Assembly: GCA_028534125.1 (NCBI GenBank)
Contig: CM052816.1
Coordinates: 25,484,001-25,548,000, forward strand
Length of the DNA stretch: 64,000 nucleotides
Origin: Lama glama
Taxonomy: Eukaryota
Reading direction: 5' to 3'
Part shown: piece by piece, positions 13,260 to 25,947 of the stretch
Layout: each line of letters opens with the position of its first letter
Position numbering within the stretch: the first letter of the stretch is position 1
Made by a program: the position numbers and the translations under genes
The notes under the pieces: model-generated
What the model was told of the DNA's origin: nothing
Database searches by the model: none
The model's input: only the letters and a program-made list of their open reading frames with translations

Positions 13260-14099
13260 GCTAATACATGGTGGAGGTGGTGTTCCACCCCACACACCTG
13301 GCCCCGCAGTCCGTGTTTCTTCCCCTATGCAAGGCTGCCTCTTGATTGGGGAGCATGCACTTCTCATTAAGGATGAGGAGAAGAGGAAGAGCCTCGAGGG
13401 AGGCAAGACTTGGATAAATCCTAGATGAATAGCTTAGATTTATATTCTTCCCTCTTGGACACAGGGAAAAGTCCTATTCACGATTTTAATTTAGGTTTAT
13501 AGTTCCCTCTAATTTCCCTCCGTGAAGTCACTTTTGCAGCACCTATAGAAGCCTACTTAGACCTGGAGTTCTGAATGCTAAACAGTCCTGAAGGTAGAGA
13601 TCCCAGGTGGCGCTGCTCAGAAGGTGAGGCTGGGTGCCAGGTGACAGGTAGTTATAGCAGAAGTAGGGTGGGCTGGCTCCTTGCCCAGAATGTGTAGGGA
13701 ATAACATGAGAGAAAGGAGAGATCTTGCTTATAGAATTTATGTAAGAGTTATTCTGTGGCAGAAATAGGTTGCAAATTAGGAGAGCGTATGATTATGGAG
13801 TACTGTCTTCTACTACACATAAGAACCTAGGAAGTAAAGAATCCTTCAGATTTGAAGGTAAATATGCAAAAAATGCCCCACAAAGTGGCCAAGCCAAAGA
13901 AAAAGTGGTGATTCTGATAAGCAGCATTGGATATTAAGACAATTAATTTCAATCTTGAGAAATTACCAAGTAAAGCTGAAAGTTAATCATATTAGCATTC
14001 AGTTTTCTTACAGTTTGGATATGGGCTTCTCAGGGATTTTTATACAGAAATCTGGCAAGGCTCCCCACTTCCCCTAGTTAGACACTGACACTTCCTGGT

Positions 14100-15390
14100 T
14101 AAAAGGCAATTCAGAGAAGAAAAAACACCAATAGCTAATAAATACATGAAGATTTTGCTCAAACTTGATAATAATCAGATTAACTACAAATTAAAACATA
14201 ATACTCCATTTTCCACTTAGTACATGTATAAAATTTTTGAATATTAATATACAGTACTAGGGAAAAGGCACACTAATACACTGTTAGTAGACATGTTAAT
14301 TAAGGCACCATTTGGAAAGAAAATTTGATCATATTTCTCACAGTTCTACTCCAAAGTGCAATGCTAGAGAAATACTCCCACTTATTCTTAAAGTAGTACG
14401 TACAAGGAAGTGCATTACAAAGCACTGTGAAATAGTGAACAATTAGAAACCCAGTGTTTCATCTGTACAGGCTTGGTTACAAATGATTATACTACATCCA
14501 TAGTATAGAATATTACCCAGTAGCTTAAAGGAGCATGGAAGATCTGTATGAACTGACATAAAAAGTTTCCCAGGCCATACTGTTAAGTGAAAAAAGCAAA
14601 GAAAGAACAGTAACTGTTACCAAGTCCAAATTCATTCTGGTCATCACATGACAGGCCAGTAAATCAGGAGACAAGGTATTGGGGCAAGGAATAACAACTT
14701 TATTTGAAAAGCCAGATGACCAAGAAGATGGGGCACTAATGTCCTAGAGAACCATCTTACCCAAGTCAGAATTCAGGCTCCATTTAAACTAAAAAAGGGA
14801 GTGGGCGTGGTTAGTTGTTGCACATTTCTTGGTGTCAAAATCTTTTGTTCTTGCAGCTCCCCATAGGTCAGGTCATGATGTTCCTGTAAACCTCCCACAA
14901 GACAAATGTTATTTTCTGTTCTGCAACTGTTTTTCTCTATATGAATGGAAAAGTGTTATACCCTTAAAGTCAGAGCCTTGAGAATGGGCTGCCCTGTATA
15001 TTTCAGGCTATAGGTAGCAAATTTTATTAAAAGGTACAGAACTAGTATGACTAGGCACAGAAAACAGCACAGAGTTAGAGCTAAAGGAGCAGATCTAATA
15101 TGGAGTCATGTTTGTTCTTCCCTATTATGTAAGTACAGTATAATCCTATTTATGCAAAAATAATAACATAAAACAATATTTATATTGGTGTCTATCTATA
15201 AATTAATCCACAGAAAAGGGTCCAAAGGATGCATATTTCTCCCTTAACCATAGTTTCCCCTGAAGAATGGAGTAAGATTGATTGGAGGTGGGAGAGAATA
15301 CAAGGTTGTGACAGGAAGCTATGAAAAGGAAAACTACAATTTTTTTCATCAAAATTTATTCATGTATTACTTGTGTAATAAATAGAGTGT
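14100..15390 (+). mobile_element. Old L1ME-like 3' region, interrupted by an ERV1-type LTR at 14615-15129
   Basis: atagctaataaatacatgaa, actgttagtagacatgttaatt, catccatagtatagaatatta, actgttaagtgaaaaaagcaa; resumes after the LTR with tacagtataatcctatttat. Confidence 0.75.
14615..15129 (-). mobile_element. ERV1-type solo LTR (copy 1)
   Basis: Plus strand begins TGTTACC, minus-strand AATAAA at 14699-14704, ends TTATG (decayed TTACA); 4-bp TSD TAAC/TAAG; cleanly splits an L1ME. Confidence 0.75.
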
Positions 15391-16419
15391 TTTAATCCTG
15401 AAGGCTTTCTAGTCAAGTACTCAGTGCAAAAAAACATTCTAGAGGTATACACAGTATCACTCTTGTTGCCACCGCATTCTCAGAAAATCAAGCCTTGTTT
15501 GCTTGAAATTCTTAACACTAGTGGGTCAGGTGTCTGAAAGAGAAATAAACCCATTTATCTCTGTTATCTGTTGTTAGTTTTTAGCATGACCTTCTTATGG
15601 TTTCCATCCTTTTTATGATCATTGCTTCCTTCCCAATTCATATAAAAGGTCAAAAACATAAACCATCAGTTGAACTGGAAAATTGGATATGAAAAAATGG
15701 CTCATGAAAAGGCAGATTCTGCATTCGAGGCACACTGGCACAGAATTTTCCAGGTGAATATTGCAAATAAAAAAATAGATCAACGGTTCATGGATTTTTG
15801 CAGCATGAGTAACAAAAAACCACCCAAGGCTCAATGGAAACTCTTACCTTCTCTCCAGATCTGTCGATATAACTATAAGCTATCTACTATATATAAATGG
15901 TACCAATAATTTCACTATTCCTCACACCTTGTCCCCTGTAGCAAGATGCTTTCATCCTTGCTTTTCATTATCAGGACTTCTGTCCTGGCTGTCTTCCCCA
16001 CTAGACAGTAAACAACTTGAAGGTTAGTGTGTCTCGTTCTCTTCTGCATCTACTACGTCTAGCTCAGTGTTCAGCCAGTAGATGGTTCTTAAGAATTACT
16101 GCCCATTGATTATTCAATTGATATATAAATGCTATGTGTTAAATAAAGCATCTATAGAAGGAATTTCTAATTTTTATTCTTGTTGATTATTACAAGTCAT
16201 GACAGAAAGCATGTAAAACACCAAGTTACAATTCCAAATATGATAATTTTGGAGCAGAATTTGGAAGTTCACTGTAGAATAGAGTCTGAGAGGTATAGTG
16301 GAAACATTTGGTCAGTGCAGTTCTTTGGGGCCAGGAAATTTCTGTATTTCCTACATCCAGCACAGCGGCTGGTGACCTGGTACCTAGGTGGTGCTCAATA
16401 CATACTGCTGAATAATGAT

Positions 16420-16625
16420 TAAAGCAGGAACAGGCCTGGGCTTTGGAGGCAGACAATCCTGTAATTGAATCTTGGCCTGATAAATTTCACTCGCATGATT
16501 ATAAATATTCTGTTTCTTTAAATCTTCATTTTAAACTTGAGATGAAAAATTCCATAATCATCAGGTTGCCGTGAAAGTGAGGTAGGTCAAATATCCATAG
16601 CAGTGCCTGGTTCTTGAGAAACAGT
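16420..16625 (+). mobile_element. MIR SINE fragment
   Basis: gggctttggaggcagac...gaatcttggc...cttcattttaaa...caggttgccgtgaa...atagcagtgcctgg. Confidence 0.55.
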
Positions 16626-17777
16626 ATTTACCTGCCTTCTCTCAACTTATATTAAGATTGAAGCTGAGTTTCCCTTTTCTGACAGTTTAGAGAAACAAAG
16701 ATGTTAAATTCAATCAAAGATTTTTCCAGTTTGTTCAGTTTGAGCTTTGGCCACCACAAGCACATCTCCATCATTTTAAGTGATACTAGTATGATGTGGA
16801 TAAGATATAAAAGCTACTAGTTTCAAAGTCTTCACAGTCTTTTTCTCTGTACCCCCTTCTCCACCTCCCCATCGCTCTACCTGCTAAACAGAAGCTTTCT
16901 TTGCTCACTTGGCCTCACCCCTGCCTGCCAGGAGAGAAGCTGAATCTGTGGGCTCAGGTCCTGCAGCTTGGGATACAGAGTCAGGAGAGAAAGTAGGAAC
17001 TGGAGGAGCAAAGGGAAGAGTCAAGGTTGGTTCCTGGGGGACAAGGAAGACCAGAGGTAAAAGCTAAGAGTGAAAGGAGGAAATGTAAAAATCTTTCAGC
17101 TCACTTTGGAGCAGAGGTTATAGTAGAGATTTGCACAGAGTGTCAGACAGAGAATGTATGCAGGCACTTCTGGGTGCCAAGGAAAAAAGGAGGAAAGAGA
17201 TTTTTTTAACTGTTGCAGTGAGTTATGAGGCTGATATCTTTAAATGTTTTTGAACAGATTTAGTAAAGCTTACAATTATGTTTAGTCACTTTGAAATGCT
17301 GGTCTATGCTTCTTTATGCACAATACCGTGCAAAAATTCGGTCTCTTCTTGCCCCAGGCTTTATTCAAATTATAAAGAGTTCGTAGAAGATCATATTAGA
17401 ATTGCTCTTAATAGAGAAATGAATAATGAAAAAGTCTACAACTGGCGTACAAAAATGTGGTGAATTGTTTAAAGAAGATCACAAAGAATAAGAAGAAACC
17501 AAGAGAGACTTGGACAAGATGGTTCCATGTCAAAGGTAGAATCCAGTGTGGCCTCTGCCAAGAGGTCTAGGTGAACAGGACTGGATCTTCTTCCCAAAAG
17601 AACAGAGGATGCATATGCACAGTTAGAAACTCACACTCTCCCTTGTTGTAAACAGGTAAAATACCTAAAAGAGAGGAAGTTAGATTGACCTTTACATTAC
17701 TGTCAACCACTCACTAAATGTAGGGTATCCTTTTAATGCAAACTTTATTAAAATATAGCAAGTATTTAGAAAAGGGT

Positions 17778-18292
17778 ATGTAACAGTTTCCTAGAGCTGT
17801 GTTAACAAATTACCACAAACTTGGTGGCTTAAAACAAATTAATTCTCTCAAAGTGCTGGAGGCCAGAAGCTCTGGATCAAGGTGTTAGAATAGCTACACT
17901 GTCTCCAGGTGTGCTGGGGAAGAATCTGTTCCAAGCCTTTCGGCTAACTTCTGGTGGCTCCCGGCATTCCTTGGCTTATGGCCATATCACTACCATCTCT
18001 GACTCCATCTCCACATTGTCCTGTCCTGTGTGTATCTGGGTTTTTGCCCTACCACTCCATTCTGCCTCTGTCATTACATTGCCTGCTCCTCTCCTTTCTC
18101 TCTTCTTTGTGTCTCTTACAAAGACACTTGTCATTAAATTTAGGGCCCACCCAGATAATCCAGAATGATCTCTTCAAGACCTTTAATTTAATTACAGCTA
18201 TAAAGACCCTTTTCCCAAATAAGTTAATATACACAGATTCTAGGATTTGATGTGGACATGTATTCTGAAGGGCCAATGTTCAACACACTAAA
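17778..18292 (-). mobile_element. MaLR MLT1C-like solo LTR
   Basis: aacaaattaccacaaacttggtggcttaaaac, ctggaggccagaag, tagggcccacccagataatccagaatgatctc, aaagacccttttcccaaataag, gatgtggacat. Confidence 0.85.
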
Positions 18293-18820
18293 GTGTCCAT
18301 GTCATAAGTATACAGCTTAATGAATTTTCCTAAAGTGCAGTAACTATTCCCCAAATCAAGAAATAAGCAGCATCCCAGAAGCCTTCTCCCGCCCCTTACC
18401 ATCATCACCACCACCTCCAATGATCTCTGTTAGTTTTGCTAGGTTCAGAACTTTATATAAAGAAAGCTATCAGTATGTATCCTCTTTTACTCAACCTTGC
18501 AACATCACACTGTGAGATATTCACCACTGTGAGATTCATGTAGTTGCAGATGATTCATTGTCATTACTATGTGGTATCACATTGTGTAGCCATACCACAC
18601 AGTTCATTGGTCCATCTATTGTAAATGGACATTTGTGTTTCTACTTTTTGGCTATTAATAATAATGCTGCCATTAATAGTCTAGTATTTGTCTTTTGATG
18701 AAGATATGCTCTCATTTCTATTGAGTACATACCCACAAGTGAAATTGCTGGCTCACAGAGTTGTGTATGGTTTGCTCTGGTAGATACTACCAAAGGATTT
18801 TTCAGAGCAGTTGTACTAGC
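18293..18820 (-). mobile_element. Old L1M 3' end fragment (continues at ~17730-17777 on the other side of the MLT1C)
   Basis: taagtatacagcttaatgaattttc, atcaagaaataagcagcatcccagaagcc, atggacatttg, catacccacaagtgaaattgctgg. Confidence 0.75.
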
Positions 18821-20233
18821 ACAGCCTTTGAGGTTAAATTTTCCGAATGATTAATTAGTCTCTACTGAAGTCTCCAAAAGGGAGACTCTACAAACTCCTT
18901 CGGAAAATCCTCTGAGGTTGAACTAATTTCAACATTTCCAGTCTTTTCATCAGAATTAGTGAAACTCACTTTTGCAGAAATGGTTTGTTAAGTAAATAGT
19001 CTATACAAAATGGTAGAGAGAATGCTTCACCCACTTTAAAAGTAATTGGGAAACATTATAACATCATTTGTTAAACATCACATGCAGCCTGATTGTAAGC
19101 TGCGCCCCCTGGATATACAGCCCTCACCTCTCCAAGGTCTCCACAGCTGTGCTTTTTAGGCTCTTCTTCAATGGTTGCTTTTTGTCTAATGCACTGTCTT
19201 AAACTAGAGGAAACACAGTCTCTTCCTTGCGTTGCAAAGGAGCTTGTTTCATGAGTTTAAATCAACTTTGCTGAAGTTTAGCAGGACCACAGAAAGGAGA
19301 ACATTATGGCAGACATGGTTTTCCTTTACCCAGGCACCATTTCCACCCTGATGGACCATGAGGTCCAAACACCTCTCCTTCTTTTATGCAAAGCAATTCA
19401 CAGTGCTCTCCAGCTTGTACCCACAATGCCGCGTATCCAAACCTACAATGGTTATTCAGCAGAACAAGGCCTTCCGTATACCTGGATCCAGACTCCATGG
19501 AAACACTTGGGGTTATGAACACAGAAACTGGATGTAAGGACCCTGGCCACAGAGAAAAAGAGCAGATACAACATATATCAGTGCAGTGCCCTTTAGCCTC
19601 ATGAAATTTCTTAAATTGTATGTGCACCTGCCAGTAGCATTGACTGTATTAGGTAGGGTTGTGAGAGATTTGGGAACCTTCTGTAAATGGGACCAGCGTT
19701 ACCGTTCAGAAGGCTTTTATACAGTCTCTGCAATGAATGCTTCCATTTAAGGGGATGTTTACAAACATTGGACTCTCCTGGCTGCTGAATCTGATTCACT
19801 AAAGGCAGGGCCATCTCATAGCATCATTTCCTGTAGGAAAAAAAAAAAAGCAGAAGTCAGTGCCCAGAAGTCCCTGAGCAACATGTCTGTCTCCGGCTTG
19901 CACAATCTGGAAAGCCTGTTACTTCACAGGGGGATTATTGTGTCAAGCACAAGTCAGTTTCCAAATTCACTCAATTTGGTCCAGCTCAGCAGTAGTTCAA
20001 AAGGAAGGGTGCACAATGGAGGAAACTGATCCTCTAAAATCAGTTCTCTTAGTTTGGCTTCCAATTAATTTCTAGAGCACCAAAGAAGAAATCAAATGAA
20101 GTATTTTAAATGGACAAGAGTCTTCTAGAATATGGTAGATATTGCCTGATACCCTCCTGAGAAATTTTATTCTTTCTGCTATCCCCCTAAATAATCCAGA
20201 TTTCCCAACCATACGGTTTAGATGAGTTTGGCT

Positions 20234-20652
20234 CAGTGTTGTGCCAGTAAATGTTTAATAACCAACTCACTGAGGTCAGAAAAAAGTCCTGATTTCTAGT
20301 GTTTGACAAATTCCATGGTATAAATATGCCCACAGTGACCAATTTGAAGCTACCAAAGTGATGTCACTGGATGAAGAGTTGATATGAGCTGCATAGTGGT
20401 AGACCATTATATCGTATTTCTACCATACAGATTCAGTAGATACAAATAACCTCACGAGTAGAGATAATAGCAAAATGGTTTAGAAATTATTAGTTTGGAT
20501 TGTTATTACTTTTGTTTTTAATATAATTTAATTGTAAGTTATATAGTTTAATTTTTATTAATGGCTATATTTGATAAACAAATGGCAAAATTCCTGAAAA
20601 TTTATTGATTGGCTCTAGCAAATAGGTACTAATTAGCTCCAGCACATCACTG
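20234..20652 (-). mobile_element. MER63-family (MER63B-like) hAT DNA transposon
   Basis: Imperfect terminal inverted repeats CAGTGTTGTGC...GCACATCACTG; aaaattcctgaaaatttattgattggctct and gtaaatgtttaataacc match MER63 ends; ~420 bp. Confidence 0.75.
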
Positions 20653-21095
20653 GGTTAACCCCACCTTCAGCCAAAGGGAGGACTGATTTCCTTGATCCAA
20701 TCAGAATTTCCTATTCCCCTGGCCATGGTTTTAGAATGGGATAGTGATTCAGTTTAGGACAGTGAGACACAAAGAAATATTGGCTGGGAGTCTCACAGAA
20801 GAAAACTGCCCTCTCTTCCTTGAGAAGAAGACGGATGGTGTGGTCCAAAGATCTGAGTTTTAGAACTGTTGTACCTTGAGAAATTCAACCTAAGGATAAA
20901 AGTGGTGTATGACTGAGGACAGAGTAGACAGAATTGTAGAGAAATGGAGCCAGGGTTCTAAGAACATCATAACCAGAAATAAGTCAAATCATGTTGGAAG
21001 TCCTTCCTCTAGATATTTTAATTTCATGAGCCAGTATATTATCCTCTATTTTGTTTATGCCATTTGAGTTGGTTTTATGTTACTGATAGAGTTCC
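20653..21095 (+). mobile_element. MaLR MLT1-type LTR remnant (host of the MER63 insertion)
   Basis: ccaatcagaatttcctattcccctggccatgg, agtttaggacagtgagacac, catgagccagtatatt, tttatgccatttgagttggttttatgttact. Confidence 0.6.
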
Positions 21096-21350
21096 AAGAG
21101 ATCTTTGGAAGATTTGATTTATAAAAATAAAAATTCATTAACCCTTCTTAGAGATATTTATGGTTAGCACCAAAGTAAATATAGCAGATTGTGTTTCTAT
21201 ATGATAAAAAAAAAGTTTTTCTTAGCTAAACTTTAAATTTCTGCATTATCTGAAGGCTCAAAGAGTAAGCCTAGTTAAAAGTAAGTCAAAAATATTTTCT
21301 GGAAATTATTATTTAGGGTATGTTAGGTGTAAATATAGATGGTATTTTTT

Positions 21351-22663
21351 AATTAAATTTTTTATTTGACACAATTGCAGTTTCACACAAAGTTGTAAGA
21401 AATAACACAGGGAGATTTTAGGTACCTTTCCTTTAGTTCCCCCATGAATAATGTCTTGCAAAATAATGCTACAACATCACTACTAACATACTGATATTAA
21501 TGTAGTCAAGATTCCATCACCACAAGATTCCTCTGTGTTGCCCTTTTGTACCCACACCTACATATACCTCTCTTCCCTTACTCCCTGACTCCTGGCAACC
21601 ACTAATCTCCACTATTTCAATAAATTTGTGATTTCAAGAATGTTATGTAAATGTAGTCATACAGTATGTAACCTTTTGAGATGGGCTTTTTTCACACAAC
21701 ATAAGTCTCCAGAGATTTGTTTAAATTGTTCAGTGTATCAGTAGTTCATTCCTTTTTATTGCTTAGTTCTATCCCATGGTATCAATTTACCAGAGTTTGT
21801 TTGTTTAACTTTTCACCTGCAGGACAACTGGATTGTTTACAAATTTTGCTCTTACAAATAAAGCTTCTATGAACATGATGTCCAGATTCCTGTGTGAACG
21901 TAAATTTTCATTTCCCTGAGGAAAATGCTCAGGAGTGTAATTGCTGGGTTGCATGATAGTTGTAGGTTTTGTTTTACAAGCAAACTGTGCTCTAGAGTGT
22001 CTGCAGCATTTTACATTCCAACCAGCACTGTGTGAATGATCTTGTTCCTCTACATTCTTGACAGTATTTGGTCTCTTCATTATTTATTATTTTAGCCACT
22101 CTTATAGGTGAGTAGTGGTATCTCACTGTAGTTTAAATTGCATTTCCCTAATGGCTGATTACATTGAAAACCTTTGCATGTGCTAATTTGCTATCTGTTT
22201 ATCCCCTTAGGTCAAATGTTAACTCTTATCTTTTGCCCATTTTCTAACTGGATTTTTTTTTTTTTTTACTGTTGAGTTTTGAGAGTTCTTTATATTTTCT
22301 AGATACCAATCTTCTGTCAGATATGTGTTTTTGCAAATATTTTCCACCAGTCGGTAGCTTGTCTTTACATCTTTCTGAAAGGGTCTTTTGCAGAGCCAAA
22401 GTTTTTAATCTTGATGAGATCCAGTTTATCACTTTTTCCTTCTATGGACTACGATTTGTGTGTCAAGTCTAATAACTGTTTGCCTAGCCCTAAATTCTGA
22501 AGATTGTCTTTTGTTTTTTTTTCTAAAAGCTTTATAGTTTTACTTTTCACATTTCAGTTTATGATCCAATTTAAGTTCCCTTTTATGAAATTTAATATTT
22601 AGGCAGTGTTCATTTTTTTGCCCGTGACTGTTTACTTGTTTCAGCACCATTTGTTGAAAAAGC
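21351..22663 (-). mobile_element. 5'-truncated L1M (L1MC1/L1MB-like) insertion with TSD
   Basis: 15-bp TSD TAG(A/G)TGGTATTTTTT at 21336-21350 and 22664-22678; antisense L1 ORF2-end and 3'UTR motifs throughout (ctggcaaccactaatct, cagcaccatttgttgaaaa). Confidence 0.9.
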
Positions 22664-23799
22664 TAGGTGGTATTTTTTGAAAGGAATCATCTCTGCTGCT
22701 CCTAGTACAAAATCTGGAAGTTGGCTATTTTTCTATTCATACTACATGTAGCTAAATTGGTTATGATTTGTTACTTTTCTTAAAAATGGAAAGCAATAAA
22801 GATAATTTCCTTTATTATTAATTTCTATACAATCATTATGAATAGTTAAGAGCTTATTAGACATCTAAATATTAAACTTGGGTATATCTTCTTATTTCCG
22901 TATAAAATAATAACTAGAGTTACACTGCGATGGCCTATCAAAGTATTATGTTTGAGGTCTTTTCATTTTGTTTTGTTTTTAATGTAACTCGGAGAAATCA
23001 GTCTTATTCCTTCATTATTACATCACATACTTTAGTCCACCGCCTTGCCCGATAGATGAAAACTCTTACTCTGCTAAGGATAAGCAAAAATATGAAGGGA
23101 AAAAAATTATAGGTTTTAAGAATTGCTTATTAAAGTCCTTAATATTAAAGAAAAGAAGAATGAGAATACTCTGCTATAAAAGAAAAAATTAATTTGGCAG
23201 ATAGATACTATTAATTGTGAAAAATCTTGTGAAAATCAGGTCTGTAAAGTTCCCATCCCCACTGGGTCTAGGCTCTTTCCTGAGCCCGTCAGACCCTGCT
23301 TTTTCTCTTTGTAAGAACACTTCATGCTTCCGTAGATCCTTGTCACTTTCCCCCACTCGGCCATAAACTCCTTATAATATCACCATCTTGGGCAGAGTAC
23401 CATGCTTACAATGAACACTCAATCTTTGCTGGATGAATGAAATGTTGAACCAGTCAACAGTCCTCCAGGAGCTTAAAATCTACAATGAGGGCATACTGAA
23501 GGATACAGCACTAGTGGAATCTGAGAAATGTTTCAGCTTTGCAGAAAGAGAGGCAGCTAGACCAAGATATTTTGCCTAAAGATACTAGACCCTCCTATAC
23601 GGCCCCGCCTTCTTTTAATTTTCACTCTATCCTTTGGGGCAGAAGCCCTGCTAATAACTATTCTCTACTTTACTCTCCTTTCTTTTCTTTTTGTATACAT
23701 CCCCCATGAGATGTGAGGAGCCATGTTTGTGACTATGTTTAGACAAGATTCCGGTGTTTGGGGGACCTAAGTGCCATCTTAGTAGTATCTCAGTCTTTC

Positions 23800-24645
23800 T
23801 AGGTTCACTGACGCAGTGAATGATGCTCACCAAGTACACGGTGTCCAACTTAGATACCCTAGGATCATCCTGGCTCTGCCTCCACCTGCTCCCTTTATCC
23901 ATTCATGTAGCTCAGATCCATGCTTCAAACCTCTTCACGTTGCTCAGTTCCCATGCTACACCCTAATCCAGTTAGTCATCTTTTCTCACTTGGGGAATAA
24001 ATAGCCTCAGCTTTTTAACAGGGCTTGTTGTACCTAGTTTTTCCCTAACCTACCACCTGCCTAAATGTGTCTAAACCCCAAACTGGTTCAATTATCCCCC
24101 TACTAAAAGTCCTACTAATCCTTTCCATTGCCCTTAGGATGACATCTAGATTTCTTACTACAGCCCTTGACAGTCTTTCCCAGGCTGTCTCTCCAGACTT
24201 GTCCCAACCCCATCCCCACCCCTTTGTGGGCCCCCAAAACTTGAGTTCTAGGCTCTGGCCAAATGGAATTTCTTTTATACATGTCCCTTCATTTCTGGTC
24301 CTTTTCACAAACAGTTTTCCCTGCCAAGAATATACTTTCTGCCTAAACTCTCTGCATCCTTTAGTGATGATGTTTAAAAATCACTGCCTGTGGGAAGTGT
24401 TCCCTGACCTCCCTGACTAGATGAGATGCCTCTGCTCAGGACACCCACCTCCCTGTGCTCCTGCTGTCACCCGTCTTGTCATGCTTTTTCCATCCTTTAA
24501 TGCTCAGTCTCTTCCTCTTAAAGGACTACAAGATCTCTAAGGAGAAACACTTTGCCACTTTCTCAGTGTTGGATCACCAGCAGCAAGCCCAGCACCAGGT
24601 ACTCTGTTGGCACCCTATAAATGGCTTTTAAAATAAATGAATAAA
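23800..24645 (+). mobile_element. L2 LINE 3' fragment
   Basis: cattgcccttaggatgacatctagatttctta, gggaagtgttccctgacc, cagcaccaggtactctgttggcacc...aaataaatgaat terminus. Confidence 0.65.
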
Positions 24646-25479
24646 TAATCGTTATGTGGGATGGATTGTAATAGAAAAAAAAAAGAAATATAGAAACCAG
24701 TCTGTAGAATTTTGTTACCATGAAAGGAAAAAAGTAATAAAAGTCTGGAATACATTTTGGCAGTGAGAAGAGAAAGCAAGCTGTGGCCATGGCAGACTTG
24801 ATGGAGGCAGAAGGTTAGAGCAACAGCAGAGAAAGGAAGGGAGAGCTAGAGGAGTGAGCATTACAATGCTGGTCAGTTTAAACAGAAAACAAGCACACAC
24901 ACACACGCACAATTTCAATGAAAAAGAGGAGAATTAGGTTGCTTAGTTTTAGAGGACGGCAGGATGAAACTCTGAAATGATTGCCACAGTGCTTCTTTTT
25001 TGGCATTTTTCTATTTTCTGGTTTCTTTTTTTTTTTTTTCAAACTTACAGTAGAGGCAGTGGCCTCCAAGATCAAAGACCAAACTTATTAAGATATTTCT
25101 TATCTAAACATGTGGCTTTGCCCATCAAGATTAGGCACCTTAGGGACTCAGCACAGAATTCAGGCTGTAACTAACTTAAAGGAATGTGAAATGACATTAA
25201 GGACAGTTTTCTAACCCAAGAGGATGTAAACATTCAGCCAGCTGTGAAGGTGAGAATCAGAAGGACAGGCCCAGGGGTCAGAAGCTAGGGAGCCCAGAGC
25301 TCTGCCGCCCCCTCCCCAAAGTTTAGCTCCAGGACAGAGGGTTCAATACAGAGCCCAGAGAAGTTTGTGTGTGGCCACCAGCGAATGGACTTGTGTCTTA
25401 CTTCTTGCATGAGGCTTAAGATGGTGCTGAGACGCACACAAAAGCCATCATTTCAACATCATGTTGGCCTTAATAGAGA

Positions 25480-25947
25480 CATTGCCAAATGCAAGTTCGT
25501 CTGTCCGACCACTGTGAGTCCTGACAAACTGAAACATTGGAGTTTAGAAGCAGAGAGAGGTTTATTGCAGGGCCGAAGGACAGCGGGGTGGCTCATGCCC
25601 AAGAAAACCCCGAACACGCCAGAGGGTTTCAGCAAAGTATATTTAAAAGCCAGGTGAGGGACGGACGGGGATTGCGGGGTACATGATCAGCTCGTGCACA
25701 ATTCTCTGATTGGTTGATATTGAGGTCAACACTATCAGCTCCTAGGTGCCAGAAGGTCTGGGGGCCATGTGCTCTTTCTATCATCAAGTGGTTAATTTCT
25801 TCCCTTTGGTGGTGGGTTTTAGCATCTGAAAAATTCAGGAAATATACATGAGATACTATTATCTGAGTACTTCAGAGAGGGGCTACAACAAAGGATATGG
25901 GGAGGGACTTGTCCCAGGAAGGCCCCACAGAGTCCTGCTCAGTTACA
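25480..25947 (-). mobile_element. ERV1-type solo LTR (copy 2)
   Basis: Ends GTTACA; 4-bp TSD GAGA at 25476-25479 and 25948-25951; minus-strand AATAAA near 25561 and CCAATCAG box near 25706; strong similarity to 32293-32860. Confidence 0.85.

Noticed and set aside
17357..17463. Possible terminal coding exon after ctcttcttgccccag (LYSNYKEFVEDHIRIALNREM...)
   Set aside because: Peptide not recognised, no partner exons, acceptor only moderate.
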